Of a DNA stretch of 64,000 nucleotides, positions 18,613-29,083 are shown piece by piece. The stretch comes from Minisyncoccia bacterium (GTDB lineage: Bacteria > Patescibacteriota > Minisyncoccia > Phycocordibacterales > SBAW01). Position 1 is the stretch's first letter. Every line of letters starts with the position of its first letter. Position numbers and translations under genes: made by a program. Under the pieces are notes generated by a model. It made no database searches. It saw only the letters and a list, made by a program, of their open reading frames with translations, and was not told the origin of the DNA. The stretch is taken from positions 1,111 to 65,110 of the forward strand of contig JBEKSG010000005.1 in assembly GCA_049997855.1 (NCBI GenBank), read 5' to 3'.

Positions 18613-19732
18613 GGGAAACGGCTATATCGAGCAATACGTTGGCTATTGTTTTTGCGGCGTCGGGGCGGGCAAAACTTTTGGCCGCGTTTTGCATTGTGCG
18701 CAATATATCGGGATGACTTACGATACGCTCGATTTCGGACACTAATACGCCCGACGTGAGATTGCGTTGCTCTATAACCACGCCGCCGCCGTGGCGCGCG
18801 TAGGTAAAGGCGTTAATCGTCTGGTCGTGCGATATAGGCTCGGGAATCGGGACAAGTATTGAAGGGATGCCCCATGTGGCCGCCTCAAATATATTGCCCG
18901 CTCCTGCGCGCGAGATGATGAGTGTGGCGACACCGGCGGCCATGCGGGTCGCGACGTCGTTAAAATATTCAAACGGTTTGTAGCGCTCCGCAATGAGCGA
19001 GTCGGTAAGCACCACGCGCGCGCGGCCCTCTACTTCTTTAAAATTGGCACGGCCTGTTTGATGTATAAGCTGGTATTTTTCTATCAGCTGCGGCAATGCA
19101 TCAAGAATGGCATCGTTGATTGTTTGAGAACCCTGGCTCCCGCCGGTAACTACTATGATAGGAAGATTGTGACGGAGTTTGAGAAACTCGTATGCGCCTT
19201 CGCGCGCGGGTATAAGCACCTCTTTGCGTACGGGATAGCCGGTGTGCGCGACCTTGTTTTTGGGGAAGAACTCGGCGCCTTCGGCAAACGACACGGCTAT
19301 TTTTTGCGCAAACTTCGCCGCCCATTTGTTAACACGGCCCGGGTCGACATCGCATTGGAGTATGACCACCGGGATGCGGAAAAACCGCGCCGCAAGCAGG
19401 GTTGGAAACGCCATATACCCGCCGGTCGAAAACACGACATCCGGGTAGAGGAAAAAAATACGCCATACGGAGCGGAATATCCCCCACCCTGTTTTAAAGT
19501 AATCAAAAAAGTTAAGGATCGAAACATAGTTGCGAATTTTACCCGCCGCGACCGGCACAAAGGTAATGTTGTTTGCGAGCAGGAGCTCGCGATCGTACGG
19601 GTCTGACGCGGCATAAAAAAGCTGCGGCTCCAGGAGCTTGCGCTCGCGCACCTCCTCGTTGAGGGCCTCCGCCACCGCAATGATGGGATAAAAATGCCCT
19701 CCTGTTTTCCCGCCGGTAAAAAGTATCTTCAT
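18602..19732 (-). CDS. murG: UDP-GlcNAc:lipid I GlcNAc transferase MurG.
   Basis: MKILFTGGKTGGHFYPIIAVAEAL is the MurG N-terminus; GT-B fold. It overlaps the gltX start by 11 nt. Confidence 0.9.
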   Translation of the reverse strand: MKILFTGGKTGGHFYPIIAVAEALNEEVRERKLLEPQLFYAASDPYDRELLLANNITFVPVAAGKIRNYVSILNFFDYFKTGWGIFRSVWRIFFLYPDVVFSTGGYMAFPTLLAARFFRIPVVILQCDVDPGRVNKWAAKFAQKIAVSFAEGAEFFPKNKVAHTGYPVRKEVLIPAREGAYEFLKLRHNLPIIVVTGGSQGSQTINDAILDALPQLIEKYQLIHQTGRANFKEVEGRARVVLTDSLIAERYKPFEYFNDVATRMAAGVATLIISRAGAGNIFEAATWGIPSILVPIPEPISHDQTINAFTYARHGGGVVIEQRNLTSGVLVSEIERIVSHPDILRTMQNAAKSFARPDAAKTIANVLLDIAVSHEQ

Positions 19733-19751
19733 ACAAGTAATGGTATCAATC

Positions 19752-20855
19752 TCATGTCTGTCTCATCCGTCGTGAGACGCTTAATATCATGCCAACCTCA
19801 CAAAGTGAAATTGCAAGCGCCGTGCCACCATGAGAAACAAAGATGAGAGGAACGCCGATGAGGGGCACTAGCCCCAACGTCGAGGCGATATTGAAAAACG
19901 ATTGCCCGATAATGAGTATAACAAGACCCGTGGCTATGAGTCCACCGAACGGATCGGCTGCCCGGGCCGCGATGCGCAGGCCAAGGAGGCCAAACGCCAG
20001 ATACAAAAGGACAAGCGCCGAGGCTCCTATAAAGCCAAATTCTTCGCCGGCAACCGCAAAAATAGAGTCGCCGCTCGGTTCCGGCAGGTACGAAAACTTT
20101 TCGATGCTTTGACCAAAACCGCGGCCGGTGAAACCTCCGGAGCCAACCGCGATGAGAGACTGCTGTATTTGCCAGCCGGCGCCCTGTGGATCACTGGTTT
20201 GGTTTAAAAAAGTTTCAATGCGTTGTGCAATATAGGGGCGTTCGTACGCGGCAGCACCAACCGCAAGCACTCCGATGAGAAAAAGTAATAGCAAATGCGA
20301 TACACGCCCGCCTGCAGCAAAAAGTATTGCAACCGAAGAAATGCCGATGATAATGACGCCGGCCGTGTCGGGTTGTATGAGCAAAACAAGAGCCGCACTC
20401 CCAGAAACTATGGCAAGAGGTCCTATACCGCCAAGAAGCGTCCTTGTTTTTTTGAGTCGTGTTGAGTATATGGCGGCAAGGAACATCACAGTGGCGAATT
20501 TGAGCACCTCCTCGGGCTGGAAAGAAACCGGCCCAACCACTATCCAACGCGCGGCGCCTTTAAGCGAAAGTCCGATATGCGGCACAAAAGTAAGAAGCGA
20601 TAAAAAAAAGGCGAGCACAAAAAAATAGATCGTGTACGGACGCCACACGCGATAGTCGATGCGCGCAAAAAAAATGAGTCCTATGCCTCCTATTACCAGG
20701 CCGAGGAGTAGTTGGCTCACGGCGGCCGAAGTAAACGAGGCACCGCCATTTTCGGCCAGGAGCGAGAGCGAGGCGGAGGTAAAGATAAGAAGACCAGACA
20801 CGAGGAGTGCACATAATACGAGGAGAAACGGAGCGTCGATTGATTTTTTACTCAT
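19752..20855 (-). CDS. ftsW: SEDS-family peptidoglycan polymerase FtsW/RodA.
   Basis: 10-TM profile and conserved SEDS blocks (PEPSGDSIFAVAGEEFGFIG, GLVPLIGVPLIFVSHGG). Confidence 0.9.
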   Translation of the reverse strand: MSKKSIDAPFLLVLCALLVSGLLIFTSASLSLLAENGGASFTSAAVSQLLLGLVIGGIGLIFFARIDYRVWRPYTIYFFVLAFFLSLLTFVPHIGLSLKGAARWIVVGPVSFQPEEVLKFATVMFLAAIYSTRLKKTRTLLGGIGPLAIVSGSAALVLLIQPDTAGVIIIGISSVAILFAAGGRVSHLLLLFLIGVLAVGAAAYERPYIAQRIETFLNQTSDPQGAGWQIQQSLIAVGSGGFTGRGFGQSIEKFSYLPEPSGDSIFAVAGEEFGFIGASALVLLYLAFGLLGLRIAARAADPFGGLIATGLVILIIGQSFFNIASTLGLVPLIGVPLIFVSHGGTALAISLCEVGMILSVSRRMRQT

Positions 20856-20868
20856 GGCAGACCCTCTA

Positions 20869-21924
20869 CTACAAAAGCGCGATACTCATGCCTATAATAG
20901 CCGCGACAACACCCACTATCCAATAGCGCATCACTACTTTATACGATGGCCACCCAATGGCCTCAAAATGGTGGTGCAGAGGCGCTATGCGGAATATTTT
21001 TTTATGAAATATTTTTTTACCAAGAATTTGGATGATATTTGAACATACCGTTGCTACAAGCGGCAGCGCAATAATAGGAAGCACAGTGACTCCCTTGCCG
21101 CCGCCTAAAGTGTCGGTTAAAAAGGCAATGACCGTAAGCACGAGCGTGAGCCCCATCGTGCCTGTTTCGGAGAGATAAAAGCGCGCAGGAGGAATATTAA
21201 ACCACAAAAAAGCCAACAATCCTCCAGCAATTGCCGCCGAAAGTGCCGCAATATCCATTTGATCCTGGAAAAACGCGATACCAGCATACGCGCCAAAAAT
21301 GGTGGCAAAAATCCCGCCTGCAAGACCGTCGATGCCGTCAATGACGCCGCCTGCATATATAAAGAGAGCGACCAAAACAAAAAACGGTATAAACCAAATG
21401 CCAAGCTCTAAAGACCCTGTTTTAAATGGAAAAGAAATAGAGCTCACGCCAAGTTTGTCATAAAACCACCACGCGCACAGGAGCGATATCATGGCGATAA
21501 TCCCGAGTCGTACGCGCAAAGGTATTCCATACTGGCCCCGTACTTCATACAGATCATCGAGAAACCCGACCAAGGAGCCTGCCATAAACGCGGCGAGTGG
21601 CACCCATGTTTGATTGCGGCTGATAAATGCAAGCGCATCAAATGCGCCGGGAAAGATAAGCCGCAACAATTGCAGGAGGCTTGCGGTGAGAAGCACGCTC
21701 CCCCACACAATGACACCGCCAAAAAACGGTGTGCCTGTGTCTCTGCTTTCGTGCAGTTGGTTACGTACGGTCGCGGGTGTGCCATCGAGCGCCATTTTGC
21801 CGGCTTTAGGCTTCCACATTTTATGTTTATAAAGAAATGGCGTTATAAAAGGAGTGATGCCTATGCCAAAAAGAAAGGCTATAGTTGCAGGGATAAAAAT
21901 GAGCATAATATGAGAAGTGGTCAT
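20869..21924 (-). CDS. mraY: Phospho-N-acetylmuramoyl-pentapeptide transferase MraY.
   Basis: KAGKMALDGTPATVRNQLHES...TPFFGGVIVW; DDxxD and H-rich C-terminal motifs (APLHHHFE). Confidence 0.95.
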   Translation of the reverse strand: MTTSHIMLIFIPATIAFLFGIGITPFITPFLYKHKMWKPKAGKMALDGTPATVRNQLHESRDTGTPFFGGVIVWGSVLLTASLLQLLRLIFPGAFDALAFISRNQTWVPLAAFMAGSLVGFLDDLYEVRGQYGIPLRVRLGIIAMISLLCAWWFYDKLGVSSISFPFKTGSLELGIWFIPFFVLVALFIYAGGVIDGIDGLAGGIFATIFGAYAGIAFFQDQMDIAALSAAIAGGLLAFLWFNIPPARFYLSETGTMGLTLVLTVIAFLTDTLGGGKGVTVLPIIALPLVATVCSNIIQILGKKIFHKKIFRIAPLHHHFEAIGWPSYKVVMRYWIVGVVAAIIGMSIALL

Positions 21925-22859
21925 TGTTGTGCAAGTTCTGCTTCGCGGCTGGCGTTTACCAAGGTGCGTATGTCGGCAAAACGGCCTTCTTCGGTCGAGC
22001 CGAGCACGACGGCGATAAGTGGATGGTCTATATCAATATCATACGCCATAATCAGGTTGCCGCCCGCCAAATCAGTGTACCCCGTTTTTGCCGCAATAAA
22101 ACCCGGGATATCCTGAAGCGGCAGCGCCGTGGCCACCGCGGTTATCACGCGCCCGCTTGCGTCTACGGTAACCGACGGATGCGAAGAAGTCTCAAAATAT
22201 TGCGGATATTGTTTTAAAAAGTCGCTCGCAAGCAGTGCAACATCGTAGGCTGAGCCGTACGCGCCCGACGTGTCTTTGTTGATATCAAGGCCGGTAGGAT
22301 TAAGAAAGTAGGTGTGTGTAAGACCGAGCTCGTTTGCGTCGCGATTCATGTCCGTGAGGAAGTCGTTTCCCAAACTGCTCGCGGCCGCGGCCATCGCGTA
22401 GTTGGAGGATGCGGCGAGCCCGATTCGTATCAAGTCGCCCACTTTAAGCACATCGCCAACTTTGAGGACCAGGTCGCCCGCATCGTTGTCGGTCGAAATA
22501 TCTTTTGCCGAGATGGCGACAAGCGTCGTTGTGGGTACCGAGCCGAGCACCGCTTGCGCGGTCATGAGCTTGGTGAGCGATGCAAGCGGGAGCGTGAGGT
22601 CCGCGTTTTTTTGATACAAGACTTGTTTTGTTGTCGGGTCATATACCACGGCCGCTTTGGCGCTCAACGAGCCTAGTGGCAGCTCAAAGGCTATAGAAGA
22701 TATTTTGTGTTGCTGTGCGTTAAGGGCGGTTTTGTACGCGTATAGCAGAAAAATAATACCCACACAGGCGCACAACCCCGCGCTTACAAACAAGACAGGT
22801 ATTGGCATCAATTTTGGCAAGCGCGCAAATGTCATATCACGAAGTTTGTGGCGCTTCAT
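21921..22859 (-). CDS. D-alanyl-D-alanine carboxypeptidase (S11, PBP5/6-like), membrane-anchored.
   Basis: SxxK (ASLTK), SxN (SSNYA), KTG (AKTGYT). Start taken at MKRHKL (cat at 22857-22859). An alternative ATG at 22835 would abut the scpB stop. Confidence 0.8.
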   Translation of the reverse strand: MKRHKLRDMTFARLPKLMPIPVLFVSAGLCACVGIIFLLYAYKTALNAQQHKISSIAFELPLGSLSAKAAVVYDPTTKQVLYQKNADLTLPLASLTKLMTAQAVLGSVPTTTLVAISAKDISTDNDAGDLVLKVGDVLKVGDLIRIGLAASSNYAMAAAASSLGNDFLTDMNRDANELGLTHTYFLNPTGLDINKDTSGAYGSAYDVALLASDFLKQYPQYFETSSHPSVTVDASGRVITAVATALPLQDIPGFIAAKTGYTDLAGGNLIMAYDIDIDHPLIAVVLGSTEEGRFADIRTLVNASREAELAQQ

Positions 22860-23412
22860 CCTCTTTGGCACGATACGCGGCTTCAAGCTGCCCCAACTTT
22901 GCGCGTATTGCAGTGTACTCCGGCAGCTCTGTTTTGCCGTGTATGCCAAGCTCGGCATAGAGCTCAGTGGTTGGCTCGTACAAAAATGAGCGCTCGTCTT
23001 TAGGATTGGGCACCTTGCGCACGAGGCCGCGCATCGTGAGCGTGCGCAGCGTTTGTGTAGAGTTGACGCCGCGAATAAAGTCCACCTCGGTGCGCGTGAG
23101 CGGACCGCGATAAAGTATGGCCGCAAGTGCTTCAAGTCCCGCCTTGCCGATGTCGCGTGCATACTCCTCTTTTTGGATGCGCTCGACAAGCTCGGCCGCC
23201 TCCGCCGAGGTACGTAACTCAAGAGTGGCGCCATCGTCTACAAGCGTAATGCCTCCCGTCTTGCGGGAGGCATACATAAGGAGAGCCGCCTCTATTTCCT
23301 CTTTCGATACCTCAAGTTTTTTAGTGATTTCCTGTTTTGAGACAGGCCGACCGAGCGCAAACAAAAGCGCTTCTATGTCTGCGACTGTTTTTTCGGGATT
23401 GCGTTCATTCAT
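22837..23412 (-). CDS. scpB: Segregation and condensation protein B.
   Basis: Winged-helix ScpB blocks (IEALLFALGRPVSKQEI...LEALAAILYRGPLTRTEVDFIRG). Start at the Met placed 2 nt after the scpA stop. Confidence 0.85.
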   Translation of the reverse strand: MNERNPEKTVADIEALLFALGRPVSKQEITKKLEVSKEEIEAALLMYASRKTGGITLVDDGATLELRTSAEAAELVERIQKEEYARDIGKAGLEALAAILYRGPLTRTEVDFIRGVNSTQTLRTLTMRGLVRKVPNPKDERSFLYEPTTELYAELGIHGKTELPEYTAIRAKLGQLEAAYRAKEDEAPQTS

Positions 23413-24157
23413 ACGAGGGAGTAGATACGCTGTCGGACTCAAGCGTTATATCGCCGTGCTCGCCCTCTTGCGTCGCTTTGATTATACCCTGTTTAACGAG
23501 CTCTAATAAGGCTAAAAAGCTTACAATGATGTTTTCACGTTCTTTATTTTTGCCGACGCCGGCAAACTCTTTAAAAGAAAGGCGCATGGCCGAGGTGACG
23601 CGATCCTTTAGCCTGTCGATCATTTCTTCAATCGACACTACTGCTTTAACCTGTACGTTAGGTAATACTACATATTGCGGAAATCCGATGATAAGTGTTT
23701 GCGCGGCGTCAAGCAAACTTTGCGGTGCAATCGTTGTATCCGGGATAAACATCGGTTTAAACAGCGGTCCGGCTCCTTCGTAAAGCATGGGCTCATCAAG
23801 TTGCCGATTAAGAGCGCGGCTCGCCTCTTTAATGAATTGATACAACGCGAGACGATATTCCAACTCTTTGATATCTTTGCTTTCCTCTTCGGTAAGAGTG
23901 AGGAGCGGCAAGAGCGAGCGCGATTTGATAAGGAGCAGCGTCGCGGCGAGCGCGACAAACTCGGCTGTCTCGCCCATCGGCATGCTCTCCATGCTGTTTA
24001 CACGCGCGATATACTCCTCGGTTACAGCCGCGAGCGCAATGTCGTTAATAAGCAGTTTGCGTTTTTCTATAAGCTCAAGCAAAAGGTCGAGCGGCCCCTC
24101 GTAGACGGGGGTTTTGATATGCAAATGGGGGGATGATTGCGCGATATTAAGGGGCAT
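23405..24157 (-). CDS. scpA: Segregation and condensation protein A (kleisin).
   Basis: PVYEGPLDLLLELIEKRKLLINDIALAAVTEEYI is the ScpA N-terminus. Confidence 0.85.
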   Translation of the reverse strand: MPLNIAQSSPHLHIKTPVYEGPLDLLLELIEKRKLLINDIALAAVTEEYIARVNSMESMPMGETAEFVALAATLLLIKSRSLLPLLTLTEEESKDIKELEYRLALYQFIKEASRALNRQLDEPMLYEGAGPLFKPMFIPDTTIAPQSLLDAAQTLIIGFPQYVVLPNVQVKAVVSIEEMIDRLKDRVTSAMRLSFKEFAGVGKNKERENIIVSFLALLELVKQGIIKATQEGEHGDITLESDSVSTPSYE

Positions 24158-25556
24158 AACTTTCGATAAGCGCCAAGAGTAAACGCACCGGCACGCCGGT
24201 GGCACCTTTGGCGAGCTGCTCGCTTGGTGTTGAAGTCATTTTTGGTGCGATATCGAGATGCGCCCACGGACAGTCGAGCTCTTTGGCAAATACCTCAAGA
24301 AACTTGCCGCCGGCAATGACGCCGCCATAGCGGCTGTTGCCCATCGTGGAGATGTTGGGCACATCGCCAAAGGTGCCTTTAACCATCTCGTCGTACTCCT
24401 CCCACAGCGGGAACGGCCACACATAGTCGCCGCTTTGTTCGCCAAGCTCCTCAAGCATGTCGTTTAAGTTTTTGTCGTTACTCATGAATGCTGATGCGAC
24501 AGTACCAAGCGCCGTGAGCGCCGCGCCGGTGAGCGTTGCAACATCGACAACCGCCGCCGGATGATACTTTTTTGCATAGGTGATGCCGTCGGCGAGAATA
24601 ACGCGTCCTTCGGCGTCGGTGTTGAGCACCTCGATTGTTTTGCCGCTCATTGACCTAAGAATGTCGCCGGGACGCACGGCATTATTTGCAAGATTATTTT
24701 CAACTGCGGGCACAAGTGCTACAACGTTTGCCTTTGTATTAAGTTTGGCGGCGAGCACCACTGCATGTATCACCGCAGCTCCGCCTGACATATCCATATG
24801 CATCTCGTACATGTGATCGCCGGGTTTAATATTGAGGCCGCCGGTATCAAAGGTAACGCCTTTGCCAACAAATACCACAGGCGGTTCGTTTTTGGCACCG
24901 CCTTTGTACTCAACGATGATAAACTGCGGCTCCTCAATGGAGCCTTTAGCGATCCCAAGCACCGCGCCCATGCCGAGCTTCCCCATCTCTTTTTGGCCAA
25001 GAACAACAACAGTTGCTTTAGTTCCTTTAACAGCCGTTTTGGCTGCGTTGGCTAAAAGTTTTGGCGTCATGTCGCCGCCCGGCGTATTGCAAAGTTCGCG
25101 GCAAGCGTTTACCTCGGCACCAATAACTTCTCCGCGGTGCACACCGCTCCAGGTGCCGAGCGATGCACCCTGTATTGCAACCTCGGTAACCATGCTCCAG
25201 CCTTCTTTTGGTTTTGTTTTGTAGGTGTTGTGCTCGTAATTAGCCATGACAAAAGCCACTGCCGCTATTTCGCCTGCCGCCTCTTCGGGCGCATCGTGTG
25301 GCAAAAGACTTTTGATGTGCTTCCAGTCAAGCGCGAGCGAGGCAATATTGTTTTGCTTGGCGACGGCAACAACCTTGCGCATCAAGATAACAAATTGCCG
25401 GCGCGAAAGACCGGCTCCTTCTCCATTTGTTTTATCTATTGTGCCATAGCCGATGCGGAGTTCCTTAGTTCCCTCTTTTTCGACAAACGTATTGAGTGAA
25501 CCCTCAACCAGCCGCACCATAACAGCACTTCTAAGCGCCTTGTCAGTAATCCTCAT
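24147..25556 (-). CDS. pepA: Leucyl aminopeptidase (M17).
   Basis: M17 signature NTDAEGRVILADG, metal ligands (VGKGVTFDTGG, DMSGGAAV). Confidence 0.9.
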   Translation of the reverse strand: MRITDKALRSAVMVRLVEGSLNTFVEKEGTKELRIGYGTIDKTNGEGAGLSRRQFVILMRKVVAVAKQNNIASLALDWKHIKSLLPHDAPEEAAGEIAAVAFVMANYEHNTYKTKPKEGWSMVTEVAIQGASLGTWSGVHRGEVIGAEVNACRELCNTPGGDMTPKLLANAAKTAVKGTKATVVVLGQKEMGKLGMGAVLGIAKGSIEEPQFIIVEYKGGAKNEPPVVFVGKGVTFDTGGLNIKPGDHMYEMHMDMSGGAAVIHAVVLAAKLNTKANVVALVPAVENNLANNAVRPGDILRSMSGKTIEVLNTDAEGRVILADGITYAKKYHPAAVVDVATLTGAALTALGTVASAFMSNDKNLNDMLEELGEQSGDYVWPFPLWEEYDEMVKGTFGDVPNISTMGNSRYGGVIAGGKFLEVFAKELDCPWAHLDIAPKMTSTPSEQLAKGATGVPVRLLLALIESYAP

Positions 25557-25558
25557 AT

Positions 25559-26899
25559 TTATTCCTCAGTATTTAAAGACTGATCGATGCGATGCATGTC
25601 GCGCGGGAACATCGCGGCTTCTCTCACATTTTTGAGATTTAACATTTGCATGGTCATTCTTTCGGCGCCAAGGGCAAAGCCGCCTTCGGGCGGTGCCCCG
25701 TAACGGAAAGCCTCGAGGAACATCTCTATTTTTTTAGGGTCCATCTTCCATTTCTCAACATGCTCCATAAGCTGTGTGTAATCGTTGATGCGGCGCCCGC
25801 CCGAGAGCCACTCGACGCCGCGACACAGCAAGTCCATCCCCTCATTAAACTCCGGATGCTCCGGATTGGGATACACATAAAAAGGCTTTTGTCTGGTCGG
25901 ATAGCCGTATACATATACAAAGTCCGAGTTGGTTTCCGCTTTAATTATTTCACACAAGGCGCGCTCATCCTCGGGGTTGAGGTCCTTTTCTCCCCTGCTG
26001 TCGCGACCCGTTTTGGTAAAAATCTTTTCTTGCGCTTGGGTTAAACTCAAGGTCGGCGTCTTTTCAATCATGGTTGGCAACTCGGCTTGCAACACGGCAA
26101 GCTCGGAGGCGCATTTAGATGCAACTTCTTGCAAAATATAGCGCACGGTTGCCTCCGACATGTCGCGCACATCTTCCCATGAGTCGATAAAGGCTATCTC
26201 GGCATCGAGCGATACTATTTCGGTAAGATGACGCGTCGTTACGCTCGGTTCGGCCCTAAATATTTTGTTGACACTAAAGACGCGCTCAAACGCGGTCATG
26301 ACAATTTGCTTGTAGAGCTGAGGCGACTGGCTCAAGTATGCTTTTTTATCGAAATACTCTACTTTAAACACTTCGGCGCCGCCCTCGGCGGTTGCAGGCA
26401 CTATTGCCGGCGCTTGAAACTCAAAAAAATCCTGCGCCTTCATAAACTCGCGGAATGAGTCGATGATGACGGTTTGCACTTTAAATATCGCCTGCAAGCG
26501 CGGATGGCGGAGCGTAAGCGCGCGATGGTCGAGTTCGGTTGGCAGATCGAGTTTATAGCCATCAGGAGACATATCAAACGGCAGAGGCTCGGCCTTTGCC
26601 AAAACGGCAATACTGATAACTTCAAGCTCAATGTCACCGTTTTGCACTTTGTCGTTGCGATTTTTCTCTGGGCGCTGGTTGATTTTGCCTTCCACCTTTA
26701 CCACATACTCGCTGCGGAGCTCCTTGGCAGTTTTGATAGCTCCTGATGCAGGCAAGACAACGCCCTGCACGTTGCCTGAGCGGTCGCGGAAGTCAAAAAA
26801 TACCATCTTACCTTGGTCGCGCCGCACGCTAATCCAGCCCGAGATAGAAACTTCCTGCCCCACCTTGCCCTCTAAGTCTTTAATGAGAGTCCGTTCCAT
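25559..26899 (-). CDS. aspS: Aspartate--tRNA ligase, archaeal/eukaryal-type short form (class IIb; probably non-discriminating).
   Basis: OB anticodon-binding N-domain, motif 2 FRAEPSVTTRHLTE, C-terminal FLEAFRYGAPPEGGFALGAERMTMQMLNLKNVREAAMFPRD. Closely resembles archaeal AspRS blocks. The alternative AsnRS assignment is not fully excluded. Confidence 0.8.
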   Translation of the reverse strand: MERTLIKDLEGKVGQEVSISGWISVRRDQGKMVFFDFRDRSGNVQGVVLPASGAIKTAKELRSEYVVKVEGKINQRPEKNRNDKVQNGDIELEVISIAVLAKAEPLPFDMSPDGYKLDLPTELDHRALTLRHPRLQAIFKVQTVIIDSFREFMKAQDFFEFQAPAIVPATAEGGAEVFKVEYFDKKAYLSQSPQLYKQIVMTAFERVFSVNKIFRAEPSVTTRHLTEIVSLDAEIAFIDSWEDVRDMSEATVRYILQEVASKCASELAVLQAELPTMIEKTPTLSLTQAQEKIFTKTGRDSRGEKDLNPEDERALCEIIKAETNSDFVYVYGYPTRQKPFYVYPNPEHPEFNEGMDLLCRGVEWLSGGRRINDYTQLMEHVEKWKMDPKKIEMFLEAFRYGAPPEGGFALGAERMTMQMLNLKNVREAAMFPRDMHRIDQSLNTEE

Positions 26900-26903
26900 A
26901 TAG

Positions 26904-27893
26904 TTATAGTGTCACACCGATTTTTTGCCGCACCTCAGCCATTTTTGTTGATGCTATCGATTTGGCCCTTGCCGCGCCTTCCTTCAAAACTTGTTTGACC
27001 TCGTTATCAGTTATAGCCTCACGTTTTGTCCACATGGGAATAATCATTTTTTCTAAATCTTCTACAAGTATTTGTTTGAGAATCTTATAATTATTTTTAT
27101 TTTCTTTGTATAAATCATTCAGTTCTTTAATTCCTTGCCCGTTTTTAAAATCATTTGTCAGTATACTTCTTACCAACAGATGGATAGCATATACGTTAGG
27201 AGCCCCCGTCCCTCCTGTGTCAGTAACAATACTCATTACAGCTTTGGTTATTTCTTCTTTTGTTCCAAATAACGGAATTGTATTTCCATAGCTTTTACTC
27301 ATTTTCCTGCCATCAGTGCCGGGTACAATAGCCGCACCTTTTTGAATCATTTCAGTAGGGAGTTTAAACGTTTGCCCAAACGTATTGTTAAATTTTTGTG
27401 CGATATCCCGCGCATACTCGACGTGCTGCTTTTGATCCTGTCCTATCGGTACTACATCGGCGTCATACAGCAATATGTCTGACGCCATAAGCACAGGATA
27501 GTTAAAGGTACCTACAGATATTTCTTTATTATTTCTTGCTTCAGCGTCTTTAAATGCATGCGCGCGCATGAGGTACGGCATGGTTGTAATAGTATCGAAA
27601 ATCCATGTAAGCTCAGTATGTTCAGATATATCTGACTGCTTATACAAAACTACCCTTTGAGGATCTAGACCGACTGCGATGTAATCTTTAACCAGCTCAA
27701 TAATATTGCCGCGCATCTCTTCGGCATTTTGGATAAAATTAAGGCCGTGATAATCTGCGACGAATACAAAGCATTCATACTCTCCCGTATTGAGGAGGTC
27801 AACAAACTGTTTCATTGCCCCAAAGTAGTTGCCCAAATGTGGTCGACCTGTCGGCTTAACACCGCTTAAAATACGTTTTTTTTGCTCCGTCAT
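26904..27893 (-). CDS. trpS: Tryptophan--tRNA ligase.
   Basis: ILSGVKPTGRPHLGNYFGA (HIGH-type) and KMSKSYGN. Confidence 0.95.
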   Translation of the reverse strand: MTEQKKRILSGVKPTGRPHLGNYFGAMKQFVDLLNTGEYECFVFVADYHGLNFIQNAEEMRGNIIELVKDYIAVGLDPQRVVLYKQSDISEHTELTWIFDTITTMPYLMRAHAFKDAEARNNKEISVGTFNYPVLMASDILLYDADVVPIGQDQKQHVEYARDIAQKFNNTFGQTFKLPTEMIQKGAAIVPGTDGRKMSKSYGNTIPLFGTKEEITKAVMSIVTDTGGTGAPNVYAIHLLVRSILTNDFKNGQGIKELNDLYKENKNNYKILKQILVEDLEKMIIPMWTKREAITDNEVKQVLKEGAARAKSIASTKMAEVRQKIGVTL

Positions 27894-27956
27894 ACCAACC
27901 TATAGTAGCAGAAAGCCGCCTTTTTAAAAGGCGGTCTGTTTTATAACTTGTGAGTT

Positions 27957-29036
27957 TTATATCCCTTCTTCTTTTAACTTCTCTATCAAACCTTTGGCGG
28001 TTTTGGAGAGCTTCTGCGGGAGTATGATTTTTACTTTTACAAACAAGTCGCCGCGTTTGCCGCGCGTGGTGGGTACGCCGCGGCCGCTCATGCGCAAAAG
28101 TTCGCCATGCGTAACACCGGGCGGAATGGTAAGCGGCTGATTACCGTCGAGTGTCGCGATAGTATACTCCGCGCCGAGGAGCGCATCCGAGAGTTTGACC
28201 GAGAGCTCGGTGATGATATTGGCGCCATCTTTTTTAAAGCGCGGGTCGCTTTGCACGTGGATTTTTACATACAGGTCGCCCGCAGGGCCGCCTGCCACCG
28301 CCTCGCCGAGGCCTGAGAGACGGATCATCTCGCCGCCTTCAATGCCCGCCGGCACGGCAATGTCTATTTCCTCCTGCTTGCGATACACGCCCTCGCCGCG
28401 GCAGGTCGGGCACTTTTCAGCGGGGACTTTGCCGGTACCGTGACACTGGCGGCATGGCTGTACCATGGAGATGGTGCCAAAAAATGAGTTGCTACTTTCG
28501 CGCACGGAGCCTTTGCCGTTGCAGTGTTTGCACGTTTCTATCTTGGTGCCCGGTGCGCCGCCCATGCCATGGCAGGTTTCGCACTCGGCTATCTTTGCGA
28601 GGAGCACGGTGCGCTTGGTGCCGAATATCGACTCTTTGAATGAGACCTCGAGATCGATGGATATATCGCGGCCGCGGCGAGTGCGCGTACCTCCGCCAAA
28701 TACATCGCCAAAAATATCGCCAAAATCAAACCCGCCGTTTTGAAACGCATCTTGGAATTGCGAAAAGTCGAAGTTGGTTCCGCCTGCAAAACCGCGGCCG
28801 CCCTCGCTTGCCGAGCCGTCGCTAAAGGTGCGGCCGTAGGAGTCAAACTCCGCGCGTTTTTTGTCGTCGCTCAAAATTGAGTACGCCTCGCTCACCTCTT
28901 TAAACTTGTTGACATCACCGCCGCTTTTATCTGGGTGGAACTTGTGCGCGAGTTTATGGAAGGCTTTTTTGATGTCTTCTTTGGAGGCCTTTTTATCGAC
29001 CCCTAATACCTCGTAGTAATCGCGCTTCGTTGCCAT
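27957..29036 (-). CDS. dnaJ: Chaperone DnaJ.
   Basis: J-domain with HPD, G/F region, four CxxCxGxG zinc-finger repeats. Confidence 0.95.
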   Translation of the reverse strand: MATKRDYYEVLGVDKKASKEDIKKAFHKLAHKFHPDKSGGDVNKFKEVSEAYSILSDDKKRAEFDSYGRTFSDGSASEGGRGFAGGTNFDFSQFQDAFQNGGFDFGDIFGDVFGGGTRTRRGRDISIDLEVSFKESIFGTKRTVLLAKIAECETCHGMGGAPGTKIETCKHCNGKGSVRESSNSFFGTISMVQPCRQCHGTGKVPAEKCPTCRGEGVYRKQEEIDIAVPAGIEGGEMIRLSGLGEAVAGGPAGDLYVKIHVQSDPRFKKDGANIITELSVKLSDALLGAEYTIATLDGNQPLTIPPGVTHGELLRMSGRGVPTTRGKRGDLFVKVKIILPQKLSKTAKGLIEKLKEEGI

Positions 29037-29083
29037 ACACGTTGTATTGTACGCTTATTCGTGCGTTTTTACAAACAATTGAT

